A stretch of 64,000 nt of DNA from Octopus vulgaris (Eukaryota), in assembly GCA_951406725.2 (NCBI GenBank), contig OX597821.1, forward strand, positions 45,818,001-45,882,000, in the 5' to 3' direction. The position numbers and the translations under genes are program-made. Below the pieces are notes generated by a model. The model saw nothing but the letters and a program-made list of their open reading frames with translations, was not told where the DNA came from and ran no database searches. Shown here in pieces: positions 37,625-50,558 of the stretch; position 1 is the stretch's first letter, and every line of letters begins with the position of its first letter.

Positions 37625-39209
37625 TAATTATGTATGTATGTATATGTGTACACACATACACACGCACACACAGACAGACATACACATATTCGTATGTATG
37701 CGTGTGAGTGTGCCTACTTGTGTGTATATATTTGTATCTGCAAGTGTCTTTTTGAGTGTATATTTCTAAATATCGCTATATAGTTTGAAATGTTGAAGCT
37801 ACATGCATGAATTAAACATTTGTATGGTGGTTCTACTTAGGCAAGAGTAACTGTGAATGTGTTTATTTGTGAAAAGTGTTTTCTCAAAAGGAAGGAATAA
37901 TTAAACCAAAGCCACACGCGTTAATACGGAATATTTTTTTTAATGCTAAATCTGAAAGCAAAGCAGTGCCCACATGCCTTTACAGGACCTCTGAGACTCT
38001 GGAAATAGCGAGTCGTACCTTCAAATTGGAGACTTCCCGCTTTTAACATCTCATCACCTGGTCCTCCGGAATCTTTGGCGATCGGAACCCCGCTATAGAC
38101 ACCCGAGGACTAGGTAATGGGGTGTTAGTCTGGATGATGTGTTCAGTCTGCCAAGGTGGTATCTGAGCTTAGAACACAAAACGCTGAAACAAATACCGCA
38201 ATCTCACCAGTTCATTGCTCTAGATTAGTACATTATTTATCGACTCTAGAAGAATTACAGGCAAAAGTAGCCTCGGCGTGGTTTACGCTGAGAATGTAAG
38301 AAGCTGGAATATATACTGAAGGGCATTTCATCTAGTGTACAAACTGTCTGCCAATGGCCCGATGCATATTTCACTCTGCTGTAATTGAAAGCTTCCGATT
38401 GAAATGGTTAGTGATGAATTGAAACATTGCACAGACATCATTGCGTATTTACAAAATTAGATTCGCAGTGACTTGGATCTGAGTTCCATCCTACCCTGAG
38501 AAAATACCTCCAACCATAGCCTCTAGGACATTCTGTATTGTGAATGAAATTGGTTTGACGTTAACTGTAAAGATGGAATGTACATGTTCTAGTTAAGCAA
38601 TTGTCTTGTTTAACATTACTACCTGACCCACGGTTGTTTTTAATGGAATTAACTTTGTTGCAATATTTGAATCATATTTCCTCTTTGATTACAATCGATG
38701 ACTAATGGTTTCTTCTTCCTCATCAGTTACAAAAATCCTGAAAAAGGCCATGGGTGCAGCCCTTCTATCTATGGTTAAATCACAAAAAGAATAGTATTTG
38801 AATGTCTTCTATTTTTATGCTGTGTGTTTTGAATGGATTTAATAATGTTTTCACTGATTTTTAAGCTGTGTATTTGGATTGGTTTTATCTGGCTATTTTT
38901 TCTGGTTTTGGTTAGCTGGTTTTACTGTTCTTAAGCAGATTTTGACTGAAAATAGATCTGAAAACAGTAAAAGTATTTCATGTTAAATGGAGGATAAGGG
39001 CAAGATTGAACTGAAAACTGCAAGATTTCGTGAGAACCTGAGAAAGGTAATCCATTGTATATTTATTATGCTGGATAAAGCGAAAAATTTTAGTGTAAAC
39101 GAAAAATAGTAAAAAGCATTATTTTTCATGGTTTCGATTTAAAGGCATTGACCGGTTTAAGCTATAAAGGCATAACTAGAAAAATATAATGCCCAGTTTT
39201 CCTATGGCT

Positions 39210-39385
39210 ACTATATCAGTTGCAGGATCTGCTAGAATTAGCAATTAAATTTACCTCATACAACTCACCCTGCGCATCTTTGAAAAGGAAGGACACTTTG
39301 AATAATGTACTGTCGGTCATGGTTAACATTCCTTTATTAAGGGTCTGCTCGATCAGGGTTAGCGTGGTGCTAGACAACTATAACG
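39210..39385. mobile_element. Old dispersed SINE-like repeat
   Basis: gatctgctagaattagc..aaat...aaaaggaaggacac.ttg.ataatgta...ggtctgctcgatcaggg. Diverged relatives at ~26730-26830, 30130-30310, 34900-35070, 36490-36650, 54320-54510. Confidence 0.55.
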
Positions 39386-42300
39386 TCGAGATCAATCTGG
39401 AGCAATCTGGTGTCGGGTAGGATGCACATCATTCTGTGGTTACTATTTTTATCTATTGGGAGGGTGCCTTAGCGAAAAACTGGTGAGGTTTATACAGAAT
39501 TATACACCAGCTAAAGCAACTGTCACTCGAGCTATATAGCTCGTCAGCTTCTAGATATATTTTCTACTAGTATTCTTTAACAATCAGATCAAGAAGAGAG
39601 GAATACTTAGAGATAGACGTCTTTTTTGCTCGATAATAAGCGCATTTCTCTCTTAGATTCTAAATTTTGTTTCATTTTTTTAATTATTATTTATTCACAT
39701 TTATCTTTTCGAAAAAGGTGTAACTAAATACAAAACAAAAATCTATGAATAGCAATGGATTCTACATATTTCTGGATAATTCTGTTTAGGTTCCTATTTT
39801 CAGAAAATTATCGTTTTAGAGGTTATTTATTGAATAAGTATGGTGTATAAAATATTTTGATGACTAGAGATTTGTAATAAAAGGACTATAGGTTTAAAAT
39901 ATGTCCCGTCTATTTATTTTAATTTTCTATTACTTCTGAAATTCTGTTCATGTGTTACTTTTACTATTCCATATTCCTTGGGTTTTTTCTTCTCTTTGCT
40001 TCCTATTTCTGAAAATAAAACATCTGTCAATATATGAACGCCGGGAAATTAGAACAACTCCAGCTTGAATTGTTTGGGGTATTTTTCTGAAATTATTGGA
40101 AAACTAAGCGAATTTTGAATAATGGCTGAGGCTAGGTTCTCATCAAAACTCATGATGAACAATGTCAGAAAAAGTTTCGATTGCTTCAGGGCATTTTCAC
40201 GAAGAATTGTTTGAATTCGTGTTTCCGCAAAATAAATAGATAAATGACGACTCATTTTGACTACTTTAAGCTTTGGCGGGAGTAGAGAACATAGCTATCC
40301 CAATGAAAATGAAATAATTCCCTCTCGTTCGGATCTTTAAAAATGTTCTTTTTAAATAATATTTCCATCTCCTCTTTTTCATGAAATGCAATTTTTTTTT
40401 TTATTTTATAAAATTCTAATTTCATATTTTTTCCTAATATAAGAACACTCCCTAAAATTAATTTTAACCCGTACTTTTGTATGCGAGCGACAAAAATTTT
40501 CTCAAAAAAACTTGTTACAATAGAAGAATGACTTTTATTTAAATTCATTTCTGGTTGTTCAATGACTTAGCAACACACATCATGGACTATTGCTTGGGGC
40601 TTAGCGTCTCTCGGTAATAAAACATGTTATTAATATTATTTGATCTTATTTTGTGTGATTCGCATTATGGCTTATTCAGATAATTTTTCAGTATAGCTGA
40701 GTATTCATCTAGAATTATAAATAAGGAAATAAAGTTTTAAGTAAATTCTTTTAGAAGTTAGCATTTTTATTGTGTGAACAAACGCTGTCTTCAAATTTAG
40801 TAGGATACGTTAGGGGTGTAGAGGATATTTGCCGAATATGTTTAGTATTTGAAAATATTTTGATAGCTCGAGATTAATGATCTATAGTTAGTCCAGTGTG
40901 TACTATTACATCTTAATTTAACAGATTAATTAAATTTGCGCACCATTAAGTCAAATGTTAACTCTTTCTTTCCTACTCTTTCTAAGTAAGTGAGAGCAGG
41001 ATCCTGTGGATTGCATGTTTTTCACGGCATATCAGTACTATAAGTGAAGTAACTTTGGAAATAGAAATCTAGTTAAAGTCTCGACTTACCATTTATTCTA
41101 TGAGGCTCGTTACAAATTCACATTAGTAGAAATTTTTGATACTAGAGTATGATATAATTTGAAGGAGAAGCGTATAGTCTCTCAATCTTGTTCAAGTTTA
41201 ATATAATCACATATTGTACAGTCGCTGGAAATTTAGTCCGGAGTTCTGTAATTTTGTTAAAATTTTGAAGTTAACATTAATAATTAAGGCAAAATCTGGA
41301 AACTTTATAAAGTACTGAACTTTTCCAATTTTTAAAATTATATTCCATATTCATATGCATGTTAGCTTACAATATATATAACCAAAAGTTTTACATTTAC
41401 CTGGCCAGTAACAGTTGTGTACCACTTGTATGCATAAATGTAGTCGATGTCTTATGTCACATGAAATGTCGTACCCACAAGGGACAGTAATGTGTAATTA
41501 AAATCTAGACTCTTGACGTTTAAGTCAAAAGGAAACCAGTATATTAAAGGTTAGTGTCGATATAGTATAGTAGAAATGAGTTGGATTCATGACCTCGTTT
41601 TGACGCTCGTTTGAAGCCGAGTTATTTCACTTAATCAACTAATATCGCAAAAAATTAATGGACATCAAGCATCACTCCCCTCTCTGAATACTTATGGCTT
41701 TGTATCTAATGAGAAATTATGCATATATGCACAAACACATCCGCATATTTACTAGAAACCAGTTCCTTCTTAATAAGAATTCTAATGAATAAATAAATAA
41801 AAAGATATACATATAATTATACATGTAAGCAATTGAAATATCTTGGTCATATTTCTGATCTGAATGAATAAAAAGTGGTATAAATAGTTGTTATAGATAA
41901 AACGAATGATTAAGCAGACAAGCATTGCTTGAAACGTTAGGTCTTCTTAAAAGCTCATTGCAATCATTTTCTTTTCTATATTGTTATGTATTTTTTCAGA
42001 ATTGATTGACGTCAATTCAAACCATCGCCAATCTCTTCGAAGTCTAGGCTTTGTGGCGCGCATTTAGACTATCATCATTTGATATACAATTTACTCGAGC
42101 TAATTAATTGCTGTTGCCGACGATGTTCTGTATTAGTTACATAATACATTAATAATTGAGGCAAATATTAGTAAATACTTTGGTGAGTTACAAAAAGGTA
42201 TGAATACATATAGTGCCACTCATGTAATATCTAGCATTTACAACATTTTATTTAGTGTTTGTAGTCATTTCCTAGGACGGCGCGTGTTTAGGCTATTCGG

Positions 42301-45300
42301 CCCTCAATCACCAGATTGTAGTTTCGAATCAGTGGCCATGCTGCGCATTACCCTTTACTGTAATACTGCATATTAGATGACTGAACAATCCTTTGGCTTA
42401 CAGGTGAGAATACACGTTGTTGTACACCAAATATACGTTGAAAGAGCACGTTGAGATTAACTACCATCAAACAAGGCCACGTTTCAAAGCATTTTTATAC
42501 TATTGAACTATAAGTGAATAAAATACAGTAATTCACAAAATCTCAAACAATCGTGAAAATGTCGAATAAGCAACAACGCCATAACATTTCCAAAAAATTT
42601 TCTGATTTCTATTTTGAAACAGTTTAAACGATTTATTTGAATTGTAGAGTAATATAAGTAGGTGATTCTAAGTTGGTAGTTACTTCAGAAATTTCAAGTA
42701 AAATTAAATCAAGAAAAGACATTCCATATAATAATTTTCTCTCAAGCGTTGTACCTCTCTCAGGAAGCTGCAGGTACTCCACCTCTAACTCATCCCATTG
42801 ATCAGAGTACGAATGCTCGCTTATTTAGACTTGAAGCCAAACTTTTTGAGAACAAGGGCATATTGAGTAATGATATTCCTGCTTCTCCTGACATACATTT
42901 TAATCTTCAATAAGGATTCAAATGGATTACCGATTCGGTTCACTGATAACCTAACCACGACACAACTTCGCTCGTCAGTAAACACCACTTCATGTCTTTT
43001 GATGAGTCATGAAAACTGTATTGTAGGTAGAAGGAAATAAGAAATATGATGTAAGTCAGTGGAATGGCTTGAACAGCCTATCACTAACTACAGCACTTAT
43101 TACAATACTAATAATAATTCAGTTAGTTATTTCATATACTGTTGTAGCAAGGCCAGGTAGTTATTTCTCCACTATATAATCGATATCCATAAAAACTTAT
43201 TGACATTCGAACACAATAGTTTCACTCCTACTTGGTCTTATTTTCTAGATCTTAGATTTCATCGTATTGAATTTATTGATTTTTGTCTTCTTTTTTCATA
43301 ATCTTTCTCGTCCTGTTTCATTTCTATTTAAATCCAGTACTTTCACTTGTTTCAAATGCTTTCTGCTGTATCTTTTCAGCCGCCAAACAATAAAATTGTA
43401 GAAAATACGATTTAATAAGTAAATAAATAAATAAATGTTATCTTAGATACAATATCTAAATTTCATTGAACTACTTAGTGAAACATTTCTTGATTTTATT
43501 CCCCTACTTAAATCTCAATCGTTTGTTTTTTTTTGTTATTTTTTTCTGAATTGAAAGCAACATAATTTGTTTTCTTTTATATACGTCTATCGCTGAAGCT
43601 GGTCTTTTCTTTATATACACATGAAATTTTAAATAACAGCATTTTATATTGTATATTTTCCCTTAAAACAATGATAGCTGGCACATTAATAGATATATTT
43701 CGCTTGTTTCGTAACAAGTATCTTAGATGTAGAGAGCTATTATCAACTTTTATCAAGTACAATAACTACTAATACATCTGTCAGATACCTTAAATTGGTC
43801 GATCACTTAAGATGTACTGTATTTCTTCATGCATAATATTGACGATGTACATAATCGATGGCCTACATTTCCGATGCGCTTTATTACTATCGATAATAAT
43901 GATTGTTAATACACCAAATAACAGCGTAGTTTATGAAAACAGCATATTATTTCGATGTTACGAACATTGTGGAGGTCGTGAGTTCAGTTGCTGGACCAGA
44001 CAGCACGTTGTATTCTTGAGCAAGGCATATCACTTATCGTTGCTCCAGTTTACTCAGCTGAAAATTAGTACCAGCAAACTACTGGTTCACTTCTCTGTTT
44101 TTCCAGCTGTCACATGTTTGATGTTCTTCTTGATCAAGGGTGAGAGCAATTAAAACAATTAGAAAATGTTTGCCATTGCCAGTAACTTACGTCTAGAACT
44201 AAGTAATTTGTCTAAAAGTAGTTGATTACGAAAACATATCGATTTTTTGAAGAATTTAAGGCGGTGAGCTAGCAGAATCGTTAGCACGCCAGGTAAAATA
44301 CTTAGCGGCATTTCGTCCGTCTTTACATTCTGACTTCAAATTCATAGATCTATGACTGAAATAATTTCACCTTCAAATGTTCCAGAAATGGAACATTGGA
44401 TGGACTTTGATGGACTACTTAACTCATTATTTTTGTTCGAGTACTGAAATAATTGAAAGGTCGTAACTGCACTGCGGTTCCCAGCATAAATATTTAAATA
44501 ATGTGTTGTTATGTGAATTAACATCAGTATCTCTTTGTAAGGTGTGGATTTTATCGATACTCCTAGGATGACAAGTAGAGTAGAACCTGAAATAATTTTG
44601 ACACTGGAACATGAAGGCCAGAATTATAAATTGTAAAGCTTGGACTGCGCAACTTCAATACGCGTCAGAAATATATATTTATTAGTTTTTTCTTTGGTGG
44701 GGTGTTCTTTGGTGGGGCTTCGAATAGTGACTTGACACAGTTAAGTCTGTATTTCATTACTAATGTTACACTTTATTCCGAGTAAAGACACAACTCAATA
44801 ATGCAGTTCACTAAGCGAGAATAGGTCATTTCAGTAAGCATTACAAACTTAATGTAATAGACTATTTCATTAGGTTGTGATTCTAGGCTAAAATTTTTCC
44901 ATCTGCAAATTTTAGAATACAGACTGATATTATGTCCAAGAGTGGAGATGCTTTTAACTGCCAAAGAATATGAAAACAGGGATACTATACATCCCACACT
45001 GGCGTTATATTTGATACCATTAGCGTATTGCTTATCATACAAAACTTTTTCCTATGAGTGAATACCTGTTGGTTATATCTAAATACTCAATTCAAAATTG
45101 CGAAATATTGAACTCTGAAGCGCTTAATCTAAAGCATCTGATTCTGTAGCTGCTTTTAACAACTACAGTTCAAGCCACGATAGAACATATGTGATCGGGA
45201 ATACATTGATACTTTACCTATTAACTCTGAAAACTCGACAAGGAGGGAGATAAATAGTGTCCATCGACAAAGTATAAACCCAGCGAAATGTGAACTTACC

Positions 45301-45900
45301 ACTCCGGAAATTACAACATCTTACTGAAATATATGATATTAACTTGGTACAACATAGTTTGAATACTTATTTTAACAGTACAATAGCTCAGATATTTAGA
45401 CTACCAAATTTAAAAGCCTATTTATATAATGTCCATTATGTGTAAGTGATGTATAGAAGTTGCTTTGTGCTATCTTAGATTCTAATACCCAGCTTTTCAT
45501 TTTGCACAAGTGAAATAAAGAATGGTGAAATATAACCCATTGAATCAATCACCGAAACATTGCATTTTCATAGCAGCTACAACGGGATAGGAATCACTAC
45601 ACTGTAAATACAAGGGATTGTTTACTATGTCACTCGACACTCAACTCTTGGGTTCTTATATTTTCACCTTTTCAGTTAAGGGGGAACGTAGTGCCCATGA
45701 TCCGTGGTGAGAAAGGAAGGTATCCTCAAACTGGAAACCTAACCCAAATAATTACAACAGAGTGAACTATGCTACAGGATATCCAGCTGCTACATGGTGT
45801 TGTTAAACAGGATGACGGGTTAAGTATACCATCGAAGTAGGCCATGGTAGGATTTGAACACAGTTCTGCCAGTCTTTCGCCATAAACTGGTACTCTTTTA

Positions 45901-46048
45901 GGTGGCGAGCTAGCAGAAACGTTAGCATGCCGGGCGGAATGCTTAGTGGTATTTCGTCTGTCTTTATGTTCTGAGTTCAAATTCCGCCGAGGTCGACTTT
46001 GCCTTTCATCCTTTCGGGGTCGATAAATTAAGTACCAGTTACGTACTG
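45901..46048 (+). mobile_element. tRNA-derived SINE, family A (well-preserved copy)
   Basis: ggtggcgagctagcagaaacgttagcatgccgggc...ctgagttcaaattccgccgaggtcgactttgcctttcatcctttcggggtcgataaattaagtaccagtt; B box GAGTTCAAATTCC. Confidence 0.9.
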
Positions 46049-46288
46049 AAATTATAATTCAGGACATCTAAGAGATACCTCCATGCTAGATATATCATCA
46101 GTAGATGAAGGCAAAGCATTTCTTATGCAGAGTCAGAAATCCAGGATCTGGAATTATCCAGTAATTTTTTTGATAGTTTATTTTGTCTCTTTGTCTGCTC
46201 TCCTGGTGCTGTTTGAACATTTAATGTGGTTTTAGAGTCAAGTTTTGGCTGCTATATCTAGAATGGGGGTATCTCTTAGATACCCTTA

Positions 46289-46324
<36 letters not shown>

Positions 46325-46330
46325 AAATAT

Positions 46331-46595
46331 AAACACAAATATGGCTGTGATTCACTAGCTGTTTCAGACATGTTTTTTTTTATTGATGAACATATCAATA
46401 ACATCATGTAAAAAAGCTGTTTTCTTCGAGTGCATTAAAAAATAGAATTTAGCATTTTGGATTTTTCACACAAATAGTATGGGAATCATATTAACTCCCT
46501 CATCTCGGTACCGGTTGAAAGAGTGTAATTGCTTTGTTCCTTAATAGAAAACGTGTCTGAAACAGCTGTAGTGAACCTCAGGCCGTTTGTGTTAT
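46331..46595. repeat. Imperfect inverted repeat (~70-bp arms, ~120-bp spacer)
   Basis: ttcactagctgtttcagacatgtttt...gaaca vs tgttc...aaaacgtgtctgaaacagctgtagtgaa. Confidence 0.75.
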
Positions 46596-46874
46596 TATTT
46601 ATACTACACAACACCTAGAGCCTTCCCTGAGTTGGATCTTGAGCCTAGAGTTGGCCGTGGACTGCTTGCTGGAGTATACTCTTGAGTGATATTATGTACA
46701 CGTTGGATGTATATGGTCTATACTTGTGGACTTATGCGTAACTGGAAAGACAGATCCCTATATGCTTAAAAGTACGTGAGTGTCCGTACACACTGCTAAT
46801 ATTCAGGTATTCGATTTTCGACTCAACCCTGGTACCATTGTTAGTAAAATACCTCGATTCTAAAGGATCCTGAA

Positions 46875-46955
<81 letters not shown>

Positions 46956-46956
<1 letters not shown>

Positions 46957-47517
46957 GCCCTGATACAGTACCAAGCAGTGGCTCTCATGACATCTTATCT
47001 TAACTGATTGGAAGTGTAATCATGTACATCCTTTTGTATTGGTATAAAGGATGGGCTACAGCAAATATTCTACGCAATACTACATACTTGCTTGTCAGTT
47101 GTTTGACCTTAACCAGTTGAGCTTGTCCCTTAGTGGCTGACGATATGTGCATCTCTGATCACGAGCAGAAGTAGTGAGGGGGGGCATCATAACTATGTGT
47201 TGGGAGGAATTCTTTGGGGTTTGGACAATTCATTTTGGGAAACGTGGGTTTTTCGTTCAACATCCTCAAACAAAACTTATTCAGGGACCGTTTGAGTGGG
47301 AAGGACTACTTGACCTGAAAAAAAATTCTAACTGGTCTCCATCTGCAAGGTCATGCGCTGTTTATCTTGATATGAGATCGCATGTCGTGTACATATGGTT
47401 GTGTGTGATGCATGTGCCTGGTGTACCCTTAGCAGACGAATAGTCACGATAGGTACACTGGGCTTCGCATATTTTACCCCAGTGCCACTTTGATGGCATG
47501 CACTGCTCTCTCACTGA
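46956..47517. mobile_element. ~560-bp interspersed element inserted within (TAA)n
   Basis: Bounded on both sides by (TAA)n. Its end matches 3131-3232, which is likewise within (TTA)n. Confidence 0.7.
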
Positions 47518-47535
47518 ATAATAATAGTAATAATA

Positions 47536-48092
<557 letters not shown>

Positions 48093-48738
48093 CTATATAT
48101 AGGTTTTGATATATATATTATATTATATGATATATATATATATGCATATATATAAATATACATATGAATATTACACATATATAGATAGATAGATATAGAT
48201 AAAACCAACCGTAATCGCAGATCCATTCATGTTGAGAATTTAAAGATTATTATATATATTAAAGTATTTGATAAAGATTATACACATATATACGCATATA
48301 TGTATATAATATGTATCATATATATTATATATGTACACACATATATGTATATATAGATGTGAATGGTCATGTATAAGTGTGTGTGTGTGTGTGCGTGCGC
48401 GCACACACAAATATATATTTGGGAGCATAGCTATGTGGTTAAGAAGGTTACTTTGCAGCCACATGGTTTCAGGTACATTACTACTCCGCGGTCTTATGTA
48501 TTGTATTATAGCTCGTGCCACCCTCGTGAGCAAATTTGGTAGTTGTGTATGTATGTGTGTGTATGTATGTATTTGTATATATATATACATGTATATATCT
48601 ATATCTATCTGTCTATGTATGTATGTATGTATGTATGTATGTATGTATGTATGTATGTATGTATGTATGTATGTATGTATGTATCTGTCTATCTATCTAT
48701 CCATATATATATATATACATATATAGGAAGGGAGAGAG

Positions 48739-48807
<69 letters not shown>

Positions 48808-50369
48808 TGCATGCATGTAGCTGTTCTTGTATGATGTTCCCTCGTGTGTGTGCATATTATATGCTTCACCATTCATTCCTTTTTGCTACACTTACGTGTT
48901 TACATGTTTTTATTGCTCGTGCTCCAGTTGTTGTTCTTGTAGCCGTTGTCTTCATTGTATTTTTACATATGTGTGCAGAAATGAATGTAGCGTAAATTAC
49001 TTGCTTCTGGTGGACAGTTTGTCATAGAGGGCTCTATCTCCAACCACATTTTTTTTTTGTTTTGTTTTGTTTTTTTTCATACTTTGCTAGTACCGTCCAA
49101 ATTTGATATGAATGAACGTCAAGAGTTTCCACTTCTGAAGGCAACCTAGTTGTATAAATTATCGACAGTAGCATTTTACGCACGGTTTCCCAGGTTGACA
49201 TGGACTGGATGGTTCTTCTGAAGCTGAATTTTACAGCCGGATGCTTTTCCTGTCACCAAACCTTTTACTCATCGTTTACCTCACTCAAAGACACAATGCA
49301 TTTCTTCTAAAGCCGGCGCTACACAGCGATACATACATACATACATACATACGTACACAGCGATACATGCATACATACATACATACATACATACATACAT
49401 ACATACATACATACATACATACATACATACATACATACATACATACATACATACATACGTACGTACGTACGTACGTACATACATACACACACACATACAT
49501 ACATACATACATACGTACGTATGTACGTACGTACATACATATATTGCTCTATTGTTTTCTTTTACTTGTTTCAATCATTTGACTCCGGTTATGCTGATGC
49601 ACCGCCTCGAATGGTTTTAGTTGGACAAATCGACCTCAAGACTTATTTTTAAAGTCCTCGGTTATTCTACTCATTTTGCGGAACCGCTAAGTTACGGAGA
49701 CGTAAACACAGCAACACGAGTTGTCAAGCAGTGATGGCGGGGGGACAAACACAGACACGTAAACTCACAGACACACAGACACACAGACACACAGACACAC
49801 ACAATAGGCTTCTTTCAGTTTCCCTCTACCAAGTCCATTCACCAGGCTTTGGTTGACCCGAGGTTATAATAGAAGACATTTGCCCAAGATGCACGCAAAC
49901 GAAACGAAAGTACAAGTTGCTTATATATTTATTTCTTAAAACAGTTTGATTCGGCATCATACCATTTAATGTCTTGCATTTATACAAGCAAATATTTACC
50001 CCACGTTTCTCTTTGTCCACTATGTACGGAAACAAAATTGCTAGCGAGAATGATGGAATAATGATTTGGGAACCTTCAGCTTCTCATATGATTATCGTTC
50101 AGTATCGAGTATTATTTTCTGCCTCTAGTTCAGGTTTACTTATTTTGCACATACATACGTGTGTGCGCGCGAACACACACACACACACACAAAACCACGC
50201 ACGCTCTCACAAACTTACATATCCGTGTATTGGTTCTATTAGCTATTTATGTTGTCAACGCTACCATTGTTATGCAAAGTAGGACTGATCAATTTAGTTT
50301 GCTAGTGTATGTATATATACTATAAATAGCTACACACTTCTACCCTTCCTATAGACGGTAATATGAATA

Positions 50370-50415
50370 AACGATCTCTGATGAAGCAGTTGAAAAAGTT
50401 GAAACTAGTGTGGTT
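50370..50415 (+). ncRNA. Degenerate hammerhead fold
   Basis: CTGATGA-agc...gtt-GAAA-CTAG-TG. Palindromic ACTAGT stem III, but a GUG triplet (non-cleavable) and a poor stem I. Confidence 0.35.
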
Positions 50416-50526
50416 AAAGTACTTTTCCTGGAGTGAAGAAAATGTGTTTTATACCACAGTTTCTACTTTTCCCAACAAAAATACCTAACCATAAGTTTAC
50501 CTGATTGACATCTATCCCTTTTATGC

Positions 50527-50558
<32 letters not shown>

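Noticed and set aside
39526-39547. 16-bp palindrome CGAGCTATATAGCTCG following CTGACGA on the minus strand
   Set aside because: No GAAA box; an isolated short palindrome can occur by chance.
42764-42913. 49-codon open stretch after an AG, as a PCGF exon
   Set aside because: No similarity to BMI1/Psc, and the phase-compatible AG is not the first AG after the pyrimidine tract.
45901-45990. tRNA gene
   Set aside because: The A/B boxes belong to a multi-copy SINE head; there is no cloverleaf or acceptor stem.
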